From Candidatus Blackallbacteria bacterium (GTDB lineage Bacteria; Cyanobacteriota; Sericytochromatia; UBA7694), in NCBI GenBank assembly GCA_051715345.1, contig JBPXJQ010000049.1:20015-84014 (forward strand): 64,000 nucleotides of DNA, written 5' to 3'. The notes below the pieces were generated by a model. The model saw only the letters and a program-made list of their open reading frames with translations, ran no database searches and was not told the origin of the DNA. Positions 63,079 through 64,000 of the stretch are shown here, piece after piece. Both the position numbers and the translations under genes were made by a program. Positions within the stretch are counted from its first letter, which is position 1; every line of letters begins with the position of its first letter.

Positions 63079-63990
63079 TCAATCGGGCAAGTGATGCTGT
63101 ATCTTACCATTTTGGGGCAGGGACTGCTGCGCCGAGCTTGGACTGCGCTGCAAGACAAATAAGCTCGGAGCTGCGCCATCGTTGTCTGAACCCAGATAGA
63201 GTTTACCTGGTGCCAAAGCCAAACCCTCAATTTTGTGACCCACAAAGCGTGCGTCGAGTTGGCTCAAATTGAACCAATGGCTGGGTTTGAGTACGCTTTC
63301 AGTTTCGAGTTTGGAATAATTTTCAATCACGCCCAGATACGAATCACCAATTTGCCCATCTTCGTAAACACTGCCTGTCAACTCAGTCGTGGCTGTAAAC
63401 CAGAGCCGGTCGGTCTCGGCCTCGTATTCCAGTGCAGAAATCCCCGCAAAGATTTCTGTGGGCAAGTCCAAACGCTGAAGGCCCATGACTTGTTCGGCCT
63501 GAACCCGAATCAGGGAATTAACCGGCTGGCCCAAGTGACCGCGATTGGCCAAAAGAAACCCAGCGCCAAAGGCCGCTGCCCCTTCGATATTCAATTCCAG
63601 ACCTTTGGCAGCAATCTGGCTGTAGACAGGGCTTAAGTTACCTATTTCAAAGGTTTGGCCATCAAGATCCACTTTGACCAAGCGATTGCGGATCGCAGCT
63701 AAAGTACCAGAACCAGAGCCAGATCCAAAAATCCAGAGCTGGCCATCGACCCAAGCCGAAGCTTCAAAATCTGATTTATGTGCCTTGGGAATTTCGGCAA
63801 AATCTCCATTGGGGTTCAAAGCCAAACGTGGAGAAATCTCAAAGGTGTTTAAATCGAGCTGATAAAGCCCATCGACATTGTCTGCCAAGAGCCAGAGACC
63901 TTCGGGACTCCAATGCAAGGCGGAAATGCCGGGCAGGGCATTTAAAGTCAACGCCAGCCAAAGCGAAAATGGAGCAAGTAATTCTGCCAT
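63079..63990 (-). CDS. Secreted hypothetical protein (possible beta-propeller/phytase-like fold)
   Basis: It has a signal peptide MAELLAPFSLWLALTLNALPGISA. Repeated beta-strand-rich segments resemble esterase-like phytase domains only weakly. Confidence 0.4.
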   Translation of the reverse strand: MAELLAPFSLWLALTLNALPGISALHWSPEGLWLLADNVDGLYQLDLNTFEISPRLALNPNGDFAEIPKAHKSDFEASAWVDGQLWIFGSGSGSGTLAAIRNRLVKVDLDGQTFEIGNLSPVYSQIAAKGLELNIEGAAAFGAGFLLANRGHLGQPVNSLIRVQAEQVMGLQRLDLPTEIFAGISALEYEAETDRLWFTATTELTGSVYEDGQIGDSYLGVIENYSKLETESVLKPSHWFNLSQLDARFVGHKIEGLALAPGKLYLGSDNDGAAPSLFVLQRSPSSAQQSLPQNGKIQHHLPD

Positions 63991-64000
63991 AACTGCCTCT

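Overview
This 64 kb window is bacterial chromosomal DNA with moderate-to-high GC content. It is densely coding on both strands, with no rRNA, tRNA or CRISPR arrays recognised. Many gene boundaries overlap in the ATGA/GTGA style typical of translational coupling. The ORF track uses GTG/TTG as well as ATG starts, so several of its 5' ends are probably over-extended and I have re-placed some of them.

The left ~13.4 kb is one long minus-strand gene train. It encodes a group 3b (sulfhydrogenase-like, NADP-coupled) [NiFe]-hydrogenase tetramer in the order beta, gamma, delta, alpha. A degenerate cyclic-nucleotide-binding-domain protein sits between beta and gamma. The alpha subunit is translationally coupled to a complete PntAA-PntAB-PntB proton-translocating transhydrogenase. 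Next come a hydrogenase maturation endopeptidase, a HypA-like protein that lacks the usual zinc-finger cysteines, a bona fide PEP synthase (ppsA), and hypF-hypC-hypD; hypD runs off the left edge of the window.

Divergently transcribed from this train is a second unit. It starts with carA and a carB that lacks the C-terminal allosteric domain; carbamoyl phosphate is the HypF substrate. Overlap-coupled to carB are two Cache-domain transmembrane Ser/Thr kinases, the second of which has a degenerated catalytic loop and is probably a pseudokinase.

The rest of the window is accessory-looking. It holds a CASTOR/POLLUX-like RCK ion channel and a lower-GC block encoding a 643-aa unknown protein. A ~540-bp extremely AT-rich tract follows, upstream of an 872-aa lipoprotein built from repeated Ig-like modules, a poly-Gly linker and a C-terminal DUF3494 ice-binding-like domain. 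A photolyase/cryptochrome gene is interrupted by a single in-frame TAG. Also present are an Upf1-like SF1 helicase and a Ser/Thr-rich repeat protein.

Two paralogous atypical GspE/PilB-like secretion ATPases are present; one carries three MshEN-type c-di-GMP-binding repeats, and neither has adjacent platform or pilin genes. There are two paralogous TPR/coiled-coil proteins, a ccdA-secreted protein-GT2 operon, a triple-repeat glycine-zipper protein, proline dehydrogenase, a sugar nucleotidyltransferase overlap-coupled to a geranylgeranyl-reductase-like flavoprotein, a tandem M16 peptidase, aroB and two tandem YkgJ-family proteins.

The most interesting candidate system is the combined hydrogenase / transhydrogenase / cNMP-domain / dedicated CarAB / kinase-pseudokinase locus.
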